Assembly (NCBI GenBank): GCA_963822965.1
Contig: CAWGJT010000014.1
Coordinates: forward strand, 288,001-352,000
Length of the DNA: 64,000 bases
Reading direction: 5' to 3'
DNA from: an uncultured delta proteobacterium
GTDB taxonomy: Bacteria; Myxococcota_A; UBA9160; UBA4427
Each line of letters opens with the position of its first letter. The stretch's first letter is position 1. The translations under genes were made by a program, and so were the position numbers. The notes below the pieces were generated by a model. That model was not told the DNA's origin and did not search any database. It saw only the letters and a list, made by a program, of their open reading frames with translations. Below, one piece after another: positions 39,459 to 49,012 of the stretch.

Positions 39459-42408
39459 CGGATCTCGCCGAGCGAGCTGCGAGAGCAGATCGAAGGCGAA
39501 GTCCGCTTCGACGCCGGGAGTCGGGCACTCTACGCCACGGATGCCTCGAACTACCGCCAGCTCCCCCTGGGCGTCGTCCTCCCCAGGACGGCGCGCGACG
39601 TGGAAGAGACGGTCGCGGCGTGTCGCCGCCACCGGGTGCCGATCTTCTCGCGTGGCGGCGGCACCAGCCTGGCCGGCCAGTGCTGCAACGCCGGCGTGGC
39701 AATGGACTTCTCGAAGTACATGAACGCGATCCTGGAGATCGACGCGGAGCGGCGTTCGGCGCTCGTCGAGCCCGGCGTGGTGCTGGACGACCTGCGCCGG
39801 CAGGCCGAGGCGCACCATCTCACCTTCGGGCCCGACCCGGCGACCCACGACCACTGCACGATCGGCGGAATGATCGGCAACAATTCCTGCGGCGTACACG
39901 CCCTCATGGCCGGGAAGACCGTCGACAACATCGAGGCGCTCGAGGTGCTCACCTACGACGGGCTGCGCACGTGGGTCGGCGCCACACCCGATCCCGAGCT
40001 GGACACGATCATCAGCCAGGGAGGTCGGCGCGGCGAGATCTACGCGGGGCTGAAGCGCCTGCGGGACCGCTATGCGCCGACGGGTTCGCGAGCGCTATCC
40101 GGACATCCCCCGACGCGTCTCGGGATACAACCTGGACGAGCTGCTTCCGGAGAAGGGCTTCCAGGTGGCCCGCGCTCTGGTGGGCAGCGAGAGCACCTGC
40201 GTGACGGTCCTGCGGGCCCGGTGTCGACTGGTGGAGAGCCCTCCCGCCCGCGCGCTGGCGATCCTGGGCTTCCCCGACGTGGCGCGGGCCGCCGACCGTG
40301 TGCCCGAGATCCTCGAGTTCGAGCCGATCGGCCTCGAGGGCATCGACGACGTGTTGATCTCCTGCATGAAGAAGAAGCAGCTCCACGTCGGCGATCTCGA
40401 CCTGTTGCCGGAGGGAGGCGGCTGGCTTCTGGTGGAGTTCGGAGGAGCCGACCGGGAGGAAGCCGCCGGACGGGCGCACGAGCTGGTGCGTCGTCTCGAC
40501 AAGGGCGACGCGCCGCCGGCGGCCCGCCTCTACGACGACCCGGGCGAGCAGAAGCGCCTCTGGGAGATTCGCGAGTCGGGTCTCGGGGCGACGGCGAACG
40601 TTCCCGGGGAGCCGGCCACCTGGCCCGGCTGGGAGGACGCCGCGGTGCCGCCCGCGGCGCTGGGCGACTACCTGCGCGACTTCCGCGGCCTCCTCGATCG
40701 GCACGGATACGCCTGCTCCCTCTACGGACACTTCGGCCAGGGATGCGTCCACACCCGCATCGACTTCGAGCTGCGAACGCGAGAGGGCATCGACCGGTTC
40801 CGCGCCTTCGTACACGCGGCGGCGGACCTGGTGGTGCGCTACGGCGGGTCCCTCTCGGGCGAGCACGGCGACGGCCAGGCGCGCGCGGAGCTGCTGCCGA
40901 AGATGTTCGGCGAGGAGCTGTGTCGGGCCTTCGCCGAGTTCAAGTCCCTGTGGGACCCCGACGGTCGGATGAACCCCGGCAAGGTCGTGGACGCCTACCG
41001 CGTCGACGAGAACCTGCGCCTGGGCGTCGACTATCAGCCCGCCCGTCCGAAGACGCACTTCGCATTCCGGGACGATCGGGGCAGCTTCGCGAACGCGACG
41101 CGCCGCTGCGTGGGGGTGGGCAAGTGTCGGCGCGACGACGGGGGCACCATGTGCCCGAGCTACCGGGTCACCCGAGAGGAGGCCGACTCCACCCGGGGAC
41201 GTGCGCGGCTGCTCTTCGAGATGCTCTCGGGGGACGCGATCGGCGACGGCTGGCGCAACGACGCGGTCCGAGACGCGCTCGATCTGTGTCTCGCGTGCAA
41301 GGGATGCAAGTCGGACTGTCCGGTGAACGTGGACATGGCCACCTACAAGGCGGAGTTCCTGTCCCACTACTATGCGGGACGCCTCCGCCCGCGGAGCGCC
41401 TACGCGTTCGGCCTCATCGGAGTGTGGAGCCGCGTGGCGGGTCGGCTGCCCCGCCTGGCCAATTTCGCGACGCAGACCCCCGGTCTGCGGTCGCTGGCCG
41501 GATGGCTGGCCGGCGTCGCGCCGCAGCGCCGCATCCCCTCCTTCGCCCGCCAGAGCTTTCGGGACTGGTTCCGCGAGCGCGAGGTGCGCAATCCCGCCGG
41601 GCCCCCGGTTCTCCTCTGGCCGGACACCTTCAACAACCACCTCCGCCCGCACACCGCTCAGGCGGCCACCCAGGTGCTGGAGGCCCTGGGTCATCGCGTG
41701 CTGATTCCCGAGCGTCTCCTGTGCTGCGGCCGACCGCTCTACGACTACGGGATGCTCACCACGGCTCGACGCTGGCTGGAGCGGATTCTCGATTCGCTCC
41801 GGCCGGAGATCCGCGCGGGAACACCGCTGGTGGGACTCGAGCCCAGCTGCCTCGCCGTCTTTCGCGACGAGCTCTGCGATCTGCTTCCCGACGACGAGGA
41901 CGCGCGTCGACTGCGCAGCCAGGCCTTCGAGCTCGGCGAGCTCCTACGAGAGCGGGGCGCGGATTGGCCGGCACCACCGCTCCCGTACAAGGCACTCCTC
42001 CAGCCCCACTGCCACCAGCGCGCGGTACTGGCGCCCGAGGCGGAGGAGGAGCTGCTCCGATGCGTCGGGCTCGATCTCCAGACGCCGGACGCCGGCTGCT
42101 GCGGCATGGCCGGAGCCTTCGGCTTCGAGAAGGAGCACTACTCGCTGTCCGTGCGCGCCGGGGAGCGCGTTCTCCTCCCCGCCGTGCGTGCGCTTCCCGC
42201 GGACGCCCTGGTGGTGGCCGACGGATTCAGCTGTCGTGAGCAGATCGCCCAGACGACGGAACGGCGTGCGCTCCACCTCGCGGAGGTCCTGCACCTTTCA
42301 CTGCGCCAGCGAGCGCCGCGGGAGCGGGGCGGCGCCGGGTTGCCCCGTCGCCACCCCGAGAACGACTACTGGGGCCGCGAGCGGCTCGCGGAGCTCGACG
42401 CCGTTTGA
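39455..42408 (+). CDS. FAD-binding / Fe-S (GlcD-GlcF fusion type) oxidoreductase; indels near the 5' end and 40080
   Basis: RGGGTSLAGQ, GGMIGNNSCG, SGEHGDG, CVGVGKC, CLACKGCKSDCP and CCG motifs. Confidence 0.9.
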
Positions 42409-42451
42409 TCCCAGGCCTCCGGTCTGCGGGAGCGTCGGCCCCGCCGTTCGC

Positions 42452-42625
42452 TCATACGACCGGAGAGCGTCCCCGCCTCCCCATCACGAGCGAGATCAGG
42501 AACGCGATCAGGAATACGAAGAACAGGATCTTGGCGATCCCCGCCGCCGCGCCGGCGATCCCCCCGAAGCCGAGGGCTCCGGCAACGAGGGCGACGATGA
42601 GGAACATGAGTGCCCAGTAAAGCAT
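42452..42625 (-). CDS. DUF1328 (UPF0391/YtjA-like) small membrane protein
   Basis: [39 protein letters not shown]. Confidence 0.92.
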   Translation of the reverse strand: MLYWALMFLIVALVAGALGFGGIAGAAAGIAKILFFVFLIAFLISLVMGRRGRSPVV

Positions 42626-42699
42626 GACGTCTTCTCCTTCCCCACGGCGGTCCGTCGCCGTGGCGGCTCCGTTTGTCTCGTACTGTTCCCGGATCGTAT

Positions 42700-42715
42700 T
42701 GCGAGCCTCGTGCCA
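42700..42715 (-). promoter_or_regulatory. sigma54 promoter for DUF1328
   Basis: Minus strand TGGCACG-AGGC-TCGCA. Confidence 0.6.
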
Positions 42716-42841
42716 GGGCGGTCCCCGGAGACGCGCGAGCCAGAGCGCGAACCCTGGCGGCCGAGACCCGGCGCGGCGTGCAGGATCTACAAAAGTGTCG
42801 TCCGGAGCTCTCGGCGCCTTCGTCGTGGCGCCTCCGCGGCG

Positions 42842-42857
42842 GGGCATGTCTCTTGCA
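42842..42857 (+). promoter_or_regulatory. sigma54 promoter for the 7TM-transglutaminase/ATP-grasp operon
   Basis: GGGCATG-TCTC-TTGCA. Confidence 0.55.
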
Positions 42858-43032
42858 CATGCTCCCCGCGACGCGAGAGACGGCCACCATCGCTCGCATT
42901 CCCGGCTCGCGACGCGCGCAGAGGGCGCGCAGGGGAGATCATTCTCCGAGCCGGGAGCAGCGGCCTTCGCCGTGAAGACGAGAAGTCCGCATGGCAGCGG
43001 CCATGCCGGACCGTTGCAGCGGGGAGGTGCAG

Positions 43033-44610
43033 ATGAGTGCGAGAATCGTCGCGACGGGAACCATCGTCATCCTGCTGGGCCTGGCCGTGTTCGCGTGGAA
43101 GGTCTGGTGGCTCGAGCTGCCGATACTCCCCTCGGAGCCTGGCGGGTTGTGGCAGGTGGAGATCCAGCTCGCCATTCGAGGTCGCGGCGAGACGGGCAGC
43201 GTCCAGATCGACCTGCCCTCGACGCGTCCGGGCCAGCGCGTCTTCGGGGAATGGAACACGAGCGACGATCTCGACCTCGCGGTCCGGGAGGACGGCGAGC
43301 GGCGGGTGGCGCTGTGGTCGGGCCGCATGGAAGACGTCCACCGCGTCGAGACCGTCTTCTCCGTCGAACGGTTCCAGACGGCGGATGCGGCCGTTCACCA
43401 CGATCCGGGTCGCCCGCCCCGTGAGGTCGCCCGGCGGTACACGCTCGCCACGCCCCGGTTGCCGGCCAACGCCGAAGAGGTGCACGAGGCGTTGCAGCAG
43501 CTGTCCCTGCCCGGACCGGAGGATCGCGCCGGACGAGTCCGCAGCGTGTACGCCTTCGTTCGCCACGAGATCGAGTCGATGCCCACGGGCGGAGACGACG
43601 CGATCCTCTGCCTGGTGCAGCGAGACGGGAGCGAGCGCGGCCGAACGCGACTCTTCGTCACCCTGCTGCGCGGCCTGGGAATTCCCGCCCGTTCGATCAC
43701 GGGACTCGAGCTGGGTGAGGGACGCGTGACACCACGGGTGTGGGCGGAGGTATGGTGGGGTCCGACCTGGTTGCCGGTGTCTCCGACGGCCGGATTCTTC
43801 GGGGAGCTACCCCGCGACTGGATCGCGCTCTCTCCAGGCGACGAATCGCTCGTTCACTCCATAGGCGTTCGCGACGTCTCCTATTCGGTGCGAGCCCTGC
43901 GGCAGCGACTCACGGCGGACGAGCTGAACGCCGTGATGATGCCCTCGAATCCGCTGCTCGAGAAGCTCTCGCTCTATCGGCTGTCGGTCTCCACCCAGGA
44001 GGCCCTGCGCGTGCTGCTGGTGATGCCGCTGGCGGCCCTCCTCATCTCGGTGCTGCGGAACGTGATCGGGCTGCCCGGCTACGGGACCTTCATGCCGGTG
44101 CTCATCGCCGTCGCGCTGCGGGGTACCGGTCTGGTCCTGGGGCTCGCCATGGTGTTGGCGCTGGTCGGCGTCGGGATCTGCGGTCGCGTGTTGGTGGAGC
44201 GTCTGCAGCTGCTGGTGGTGCCGCGCGTCTCGATCCTGCTCTGCGTGGTGGTGCTGGGTGTAGCCGGCTTCGCGTTGCTGGGGCGCAGCCTGGGAGAGCA
44301 TGATCTGTACGTCGGCATCCTCTTTCCCATCGTGATCCTCACGATGCTGGTGGAGCGCTTCTCCATCGCGCTGGTCGAGGAAGGGCTGGGTGAGGCGTTG
44401 ATCCGAGCGGCGGGCTCGGTGGTGATGGCCGTGCTGGCGTACCCGATCTTCCGGATTCCCGCGCTCGAGAGTGTGATGTTCGGCTTCCCCGAGCTGATCG
44501 TGTGCCTGATGGGCCTGTTGGTACTGCTGGGGGGCTACACGGGCTACCGCGCGTCCGACTGGCTGCGCTTCCGCGTCCTGGATCCTCCGCCCGGAGGGGC
44601 GACGGCGTGA
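43033..44610 (+). CDS. Inactive transglutaminase fused to a 7TM domain
   Basis: TGase-like [13 protein letters not shown] without a catalytic Cys; 7TM motifs [26 protein letters not shown] and LGGYTGYR. Confidence 0.85.
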   Translation: MSARIVATGTIVILLGLAVFAWKVWWLELPILPSEPGGLWQVEIQLAIRGRGETGSVQIDLPSTRPGQRVFGEWNTSDDLDLAVREDGERRVALWSGRMEDVHRVETVFSVERFQTADAAVHHDPGRPPREVARRYTLATPRLPANAEEVHEALQQLSLPGPEDRAGRVRSVYAFVRHEIESMPTGGDDAILCLVQRDGSERGRTRLFVTLLRGLGIPARSITGLELGEGRVTPRVWAEVWWGPTWLPVSPTAGFFGELPRDWIALSPGDESLVHSIGVRDVSYSVRALRQRLTADELNAVMMPSNPLLEKLSLYRLSVSTQEALRVLLVMPLAALLISVLRNVIGLPGYGTFMPVLIAVALRGTGLVLGLAMVLALVGVGICGRVLVERLQLLVVPRVSILLCVVVLGVAGFALLGRSLGEHDLYVGILFPIVILTMLVERFSIALVEEGLGEALIRAAGSVVMAVLAYPIFRIPALESVMFGFPELIVCLMGLLVLLGGYTGYRASDWLRFRVLDPPPGGATA

Positions 44611-45551
44611 TGGGGCGTCTCCGGCGTCTGGGAATCCTCGGCATGAACGAGCGGAATCTGCGGTATGTCGTCGGGTGCAATCCGCGTGCGCGCTATCCCA
44701 TGGTGGACGACAAGCTCCAGACCAAGCGCCTGTGCGCGGAGGCCGGCCTTCCGACTCCCCGCCTGCTGGGCGCATTGCGTCATCCCGGCGAGGTGCGGAC
44801 GCTGCGGGAAATCGCTTCGGAGGAGGACTCCTTCGTACTGAAGCCCGCGCGGGGAGCCATGGGCAACGGCGTCCTCGTCGTGCGGGGGCGCGACGGAGGC
44901 CGCTTCGTGCGGGCAGACGACAAGCGCGTTCGATTCGAAGACCTGCGCTTCCACGCCCTGGAGACCCTGGCGGGGCTCTACTCTCTCGGCGGCCAGCCCG
45001 ACCGGGTGGTGGTGGAGGAGTGTCTGGTGTCGCATCCCGACCTGAAGCGGATCGCCCCGACCGGCGTGCCCGACCTGCGCGTTCTCGTGTATCGCGGCAT
45101 TCCCGTCATGGCCATGCTCCGCCTGCCAACGGAGCGCTCGCGGGGCCGTGCGAACCTGCACCAGGGGGCCGTGGGCGCGGGGATCGACCTGGGAACGGGC
45201 GACATCGTGGCGACGACATCCCGTCGGGGTCCCGTCGAGGAGCATCCCGATACCGGCAAACGCGTGCTGGACGTGCGAGTCCCGCACTTCCGGCAGGCCG
45301 TGGACGCCGCCGTCCGCGCCACGCAGCCCACCGGTCTCGGCTACCTCGGCGTCGACGTCGTGCTGGACGCCGAGCGCGGGCCCCTGCTGCTGGAGCTGAA
45401 CGCGCGTCCGGGCCTCTCGATCCAGCTCGCCAACGCCGCGGGGCTGCGCCCGCTGCTGGCGGCCGTGGACCGGTGGGTCGAGGAAGGACTGCCTGTGGAC
45501 GAACGGATCGCGTTGGGGGTGCGCATCGCCCGGGAGGCGGGGAAGCGATGA
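44610..45551 (+). CDS. Alpha-L-glutamate ligase-like ATP-grasp protein
   Basis: GILGMNERN, VDDKLQTK, KPARG..G.G, GVPDLR, ANLHQGA and ELNARPGL.IQ.AN. Confidence 0.88.
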   Translation: MGRLRRLGILGMNERNLRYVVGCNPRARYPMVDDKLQTKRLCAEAGLPTPRLLGALRHPGEVRTLREIASEEDSFVLKPARGAMGNGVLVVRGRDGGRFVRADDKRVRFEDLRFHALETLAGLYSLGGQPDRVVVEECLVSHPDLKRIAPTGVPDLRVLVYRGIPVMAMLRLPTERSRGRANLHQGAVGAGIDLGTGDIVATTSRRGPVEEHPDTGKRVLDVRVPHFRQAVDAAVRATQPTGLGYLGVDVVLDAERGPLLLELNARPGLSIQLANAAGLRPLLAAVDRWVEEGLPVDERIALGVRIAREAGKR

Positions 45552-46813
45552 CCTTCGGGACGCGCCCGGCTGCGGTGCTGGGGGGGGTGCTGGTCGCGCT
45601 TCTCGCGGCTCGCTGGGCGGCCGGGGCTGCCGGGAAGACCGACGCGGACTCGCCGGTGTACGATGTGGTCTACGAGGCGCGTCTACTGCCCTCCAAGGGG
45701 CTCGCCCGCGTGGCGATCGAGGTGGACGAGAGTGGGCTGCTCCACCGGCTGAGCTTCAACTTCGATCCCCAGCGCGTCTTTCGCTTCCAGGCCGACGGCG
45801 AGGTCCGCGTCGAGGGGTCGCACCTCGTCTGGGAGGTGCCCGAGGCCGGCGGCCGACTGCGCTACTCGGTGAAGGTGGATCACCTGCGCGAGTCGGCCGA
45901 GTACGACGCCCGCTCGACGCCCACCTGGGCGCTGTTCCGGGGGAGCGATCTCTTCCCGCCGAGTGCCTCGCGGACCGCGCCCGGCGCGTCGGCCCGGGCG
46001 AGCCTGCGCTTGCGGCTCCCGGAGAGCTGGACCGCGGAGACCCCCTTCGTCCGGGACGAGGACGGGCGCTACCGCCTGGAGCAGGAACATCGCCGCCTCG
46101 ACCGTCCGGCGGGCTGGGTGGTGGCGGGAAAGGACCTCACGGTCCGGCGGTCGTCCATCGCCGGGGTCCGGGTCACGATCGCGGGACCGAGCGATCAGGA
46201 CCTGCGGTCGCGTGACCTCATGTTGCTGCTGCGACTCACCCTGCCCGAGCTGCGCGAGATCGCGGGGACGCTCCCGGACCGCCTGCTCGTCGTGGGTGCG
46301 GGGGATCCCATGTGGCGCGGCGGACTGTCGGGCCCGGGCTCCCTGTACCTGCACGCCGATCGACCCCTGCTCGAGCAGGACGGGTCGAGCCCGCTCCTGC
46401 ACGAGGTGCTCCACGGGGTCACGCACGCGGTGTCGGCCGAGGGGGGAGACTGGATCGTCGAAGGCATCGCCGAGTACTACTCGCTGGAGCTGCTGCTGCG
46501 GTCCGGTGCCGTGGGGGAAGAGGAACATCGAGAGACCCTCGAGGCGCTCGCGCATCGCGCGGCGGACGTGGAGAAGCTGGCGACCGCGCACGCCGACCGC
46601 GACGTGACGGCCCGCGCGGTGCTGGTGCTCGATGGGCTCGACGATCGGACCCGCGATGCGACCCAGGGAGAGAGAAGCCTCGACGACGTGGTGCGAGCGC
46701 TGGTGGAACGACGGGGGCCGGTGACGCCGGAATCGTTCCGGGAGCTCGTCCGGCAGGTCGCAGGAGCGGAGGTTGCGGACTCCCTTCCGGCGTCTCCCGA
46801 ACCGTCCCGATGA
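45548..46813 (+). CDS. Secreted gluzincin-type (M1/M61-like) metallopeptidase
   Basis: Signal peptide, MWRGGLSG, HEVLH followed by WIVEGIAEYY. Confidence 0.7.
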   Translation: MTFGTRPAAVLGGVLVALLAARWAAGAAGKTDADSPVYDVVYEARLLPSKGLARVAIEVDESGLLHRLSFNFDPQRVFRFQADGEVRVEGSHLVWEVPEAGGRLRYSVKVDHLRESAEYDARSTPTWALFRGSDLFPPSASRTAPGASARASLRLRLPESWTAETPFVRDEDGRYRLEQEHRRLDRPAGWVVAGKDLTVRRSSIAGVRVTIAGPSDQDLRSRDLMLLLRLTLPELREIAGTLPDRLLVVGAGDPMWRGGLSGPGSLYLHADRPLLEQDGSSPLLHEVLHGVTHAVSAEGGDWIVEGIAEYYSLELLLRSGAVGEEEHRETLEALAHRAADVEKLATAHADRDVTARAVLVLDGLDDRTRDATQGERSLDDVVRALVERRGPVTPESFRELVRQVAGAEVADSLPASPEPSR

Positions 46814-46912
46814 GGCCGGTCGCCTCGAAGGCGCGATTGTAGATGCTGCACGGCCCCCGCGTCCGGCGAGATCGTCGGGCCCCGAGAGCCCACCCGGGTG
46901 GCGTCTCCCGGA

Positions 46913-46928
46913 TGGCACGGCGCTTGCG
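46913..46928 (+). promoter_or_regulatory. sigma54 promoter for csbD
   Basis: TGGCACG-GCGC-TTGCG. Confidence 0.7.
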
Positions 46929-46979
46929 TACTCGATGACGCACACCACACAGGGAACGAGACCAGGAGGCGCAGACAGC

Positions 46980-47174
46980 ATGGGAGAGAGCGGAACGACC
47001 GACGAGATCAAGGGCCGTGCCAAGGAGGCTGCCGGTGCAGCCATGGACGACGAAGAGCTGAAGAAGGAAGGCCGGCTCGACCAGGCGGCGGCCGGAATCA
47101 AGCAGAAGGCCGCGGAGCTCGTGGATACGGTTCGCGAGAAGCTCGGCGGACACGAGAGCAAGGAGGACCGATGA
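46980..47174 (+). CDS. csbD: CsbD family general stress protein
   Basis: DEIKGRAKEAAG...DEELKKEGRLDQAA..IK. Confidence 0.85.
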   Translation: MGESGTTDEIKGRAKEAAGAAMDDEELKKEGRLDQAAAGIKQKAAELVDTVREKLGGHESKEDR

Positions 47175-47420
47175 GCAGAGCGCTCCGGTTCACGACGCTG
47201 ACCGCCTTGGCGGTCTTCCTCCTCTTCTTCGCGTTCGGCGCCACGGGGTGTCGGGACGAAGGCCCGGCGGAACGTGCCGGCGAGAAGATCGACCAGGCGG
47301 TGGAGAACACGCGCGAGAGCATCTCGGATGCGGTCGACGACGAGGGCCCCCTCGAGAAGGCCGGGCGCAAGCTGGACGAAGCCGGCGAGAACGTGAAGGA
47401 GGGGGGTCGACGGGAGCTGA
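47171..47420 (+). CDS. Small lipoprotein with GPAERAGEKID repeats (3' end approximate, indel near 47400)
   Basis: Lipobox ATGC; EGPAERAGEKIDQA and EGPLEKAGRKLDEA repeats. Confidence 0.7.
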
Positions 47421-47478
47421 CGCGCGGGCTCGGAGGAGCGAGCCAGCGCTGCCGCGATCTGTCAGAATTGCGTCCACC

Positions 47479-47862
47479 ATGCCGCGTGTGCGCATCCGGA
47501 TCCAGTTCGAAGGCGACCACTCCCTGGGCCCTGGCAAGGCGCAGCTGCTCGAGGCCGTCGCCGAGCATGGCTCGATCTCGGCTGCGGCCCGCTCGATGGG
47601 GATGGCCTACCGCCACGCCTGGGAGCTCATCGACGATCTGAACCAGTGCTTCCGGGATCCCGTGGTCACCACCTCGGCCGGCGGGCGCGCGGGGGGCGGC
47701 GCCTCCCTCACGGCGTTCGGTGAGGACCTGGTGCAACGCTTCCGGGCCATGGAGCAGGCGGCTTCCCGCGCCATGGCGAGCGATCTGGCGGTGCTCGAAG
47801 GGAAGCGGGCTCCGGAGAACCCCCCGGAATCGGCTCGCAATCGCTCTCCCAAGCGGGCTTGA
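47479..47862 (+). CDS. modE: Short ModE-family winged-helix regulator (no Mop/TOBE domains)
   Basis: LGPGKAQLLEAV..HGSISAAARSMGMAYRHAW...N......V....GG..GGGA.LT.FG. Confidence 0.88.
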   Translation: MPRVRIRIQFEGDHSLGPGKAQLLEAVAEHGSISAAARSMGMAYRHAWELIDDLNQCFRDPVVTTSAGGRAGGGASLTAFGEDLVQRFRAMEQAASRAMASDLAVLEGKRAPENPPESARNRSPKRA

Positions 47863-47906
47863 CCCCCGGAAGAGCCCCCCACCGCCGCCAACCCCGGCTT
47901 CCGCTC

Positions 47907-47951
47907 TTGACCCCCGCCTCCAGCGGAGGTTATACCCGACGGGGAATAGCG
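47907..47951 (+). promoter_or_regulatory. sigma70 promoter overlapped by a ModE-box-like dyad
   Basis: -35 TTGACC (47907-12) and -10 TATACC (47931-36); GGTTATA-N10-AATAGCG resembles CGNTATA-N10-TATANCG. Confidence 0.6.
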
Positions 47952-48015
47952 GTGGCGCGCCGAGTCCGATCGGGCCCGGGGCAGCTGCTCGCCCCTTGCG
48001 AAGTGGGTTCCACGC

Positions 48016-49008
48016 TTGTCGGCCTTCCGAAAGCGAAGAGCGCTCTGGAGCTCGATCGGGGTCTCGTTCGGCCTGCACGCGGCGTCCATCGGTGCCTTGG
48101 CGGTGGCGATCGGGGCAGGTCCGACGGTCGACACCGTAGGTGGCCACGGCGGAGGCGTGCTCTCGGTCCGGCTGTTGGGAGGGGGCGCCGCTGCGGGGCT
48201 TGCCGGTCCGGCGGCGCCGGCCGCCGCGAGCACACCGCCGTCGCCCGCTCGTCCCGTCCGGCCGCCGCGGCCACCGGCCCCGCCTTCGCCGTCCCAGTCC
48301 GTGCCCGCTTCGCCGTCCCGGTCCACCGCCGCTTCGTCGTCCCGGTCCACCGCCGCTTCGTCGTCCCGGTCCACCGCCGCTTCGTCGCCGTCCAGCGCCC
48401 CTTCACCACAGCCGGCGGTCGCCTCCGCCCGGCCCGCACCGCTGCCCCCGCGGCCCGCGGTACCCGGTGAAGAGGCTCCTCCGGAGCGGCCGGCCGTGGA
48501 GGCACCGAGCGCCGTCGACTCGACCCCGTCGTCGCAGCCTCGCGCTTCCCGGCCGCTGGTCGTCGAGGCGAGCCCAGCCGCCGGAGAGCGAGAGGTCGAC
48601 GTCGCCGCCGCGGCTCGCGTACGCGTCCCCGCGCAGGGCGTCCCCGCGCAGGAGAACCTCGGATCCGGGTCGGGACCGTCGGGCTCCGGCTCCGGAGCGG
48701 GGCGCGGGTCGGGCGACGCCACCGGTGCCGGCACGCTCTCGCGCGTGGCCCGGCCGGCCTCCAAGATCCGTCCCCGCTATCCGGAGGCGGCCCGGGAGCG
48801 AGGCGACGAGGCCGAGGTCGTCGTGGAGGCCTGGGTGGCCGCCAGCGGTCGGGTCGCGCGGGCGCGGGTTCGCAGCAGCGCCGGAAGCGAGTTCGACGAG
48901 GCGGCACTCGAGGCGGTCCACGAGGCGCGCTTCTACCCCGCCTGGCGAGACGGGGAGCCCGTCGCGTCCCGGGTGGCCATGCGCCTGCACTTCGAGCTGG
49001 ACCGCTGA
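48016..49008 (+). CDS. tonB: TonB family energy transducer
   Basis: TM segment with SFGLH, a Pro/Ser-rich linker and C-terminal PRYPEAAR..G.E..V....V...G.V...FDEAALEAV...RF.PA..DG.PV. Confidence 0.85.
   Translation: MSAFRKRRALWSSIGVSFGLHAASIGALAVAIGAGPTVDTVGGHGGGVLSVRLLGGGAAAGLAGPAAPAAASTPPSPARPVRPPRPPAPPSPSQSVPASPSRSTAASSSRSTAASSSRSTAASSPSSAPSPQPAVASARPAPLPPRPAVPGEEAPPERPAVEAPSAVDSTPSSQPRASRPLVVEASPAAGEREVDVAAAARVRVPAQGVPAQENLGSGSGPSGSGSGAGRGSGDATGAGTLSRVARPASKIRPRYPEAARERGDEAEVVVEAWVAASGRVARARVRSSAGSEFDEAALEAVHEARFYPAWRDGEPVASRVAMRLHFELDR
48283..48387 (+). repeat. In-frame 24-bp tandem repeat (about 4.4 copies) in the TonB linker
   Basis: Unit GCTTCGTCGTCCCGGTCCACCGCC, encoding ASSSRSTA. 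Confidence 0.85.
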
Positions 49009-49012
49009 CCGG

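Noticed and set aside
25400..47420. Stress island as a mobile genomic island or prophage
   Set aside because: There is no integrase, tRNA attachment site, phage gene or visible compositional shift.
47862..48016. Cobalamin riboswitch upstream of the TonB/TBDR/ECF operon
   Set aside because: The region is short, I see no B12-box or conserved GGGAA...GCCACTG core, and a ModE-like dyad explains it better. An Rfam scan would settle this.
48283..48387. Direct repeats as a possible CRISPR array
   Set aside because: The units are contiguous with no spacers, lie in frame within tonB, and no cas genes are present.
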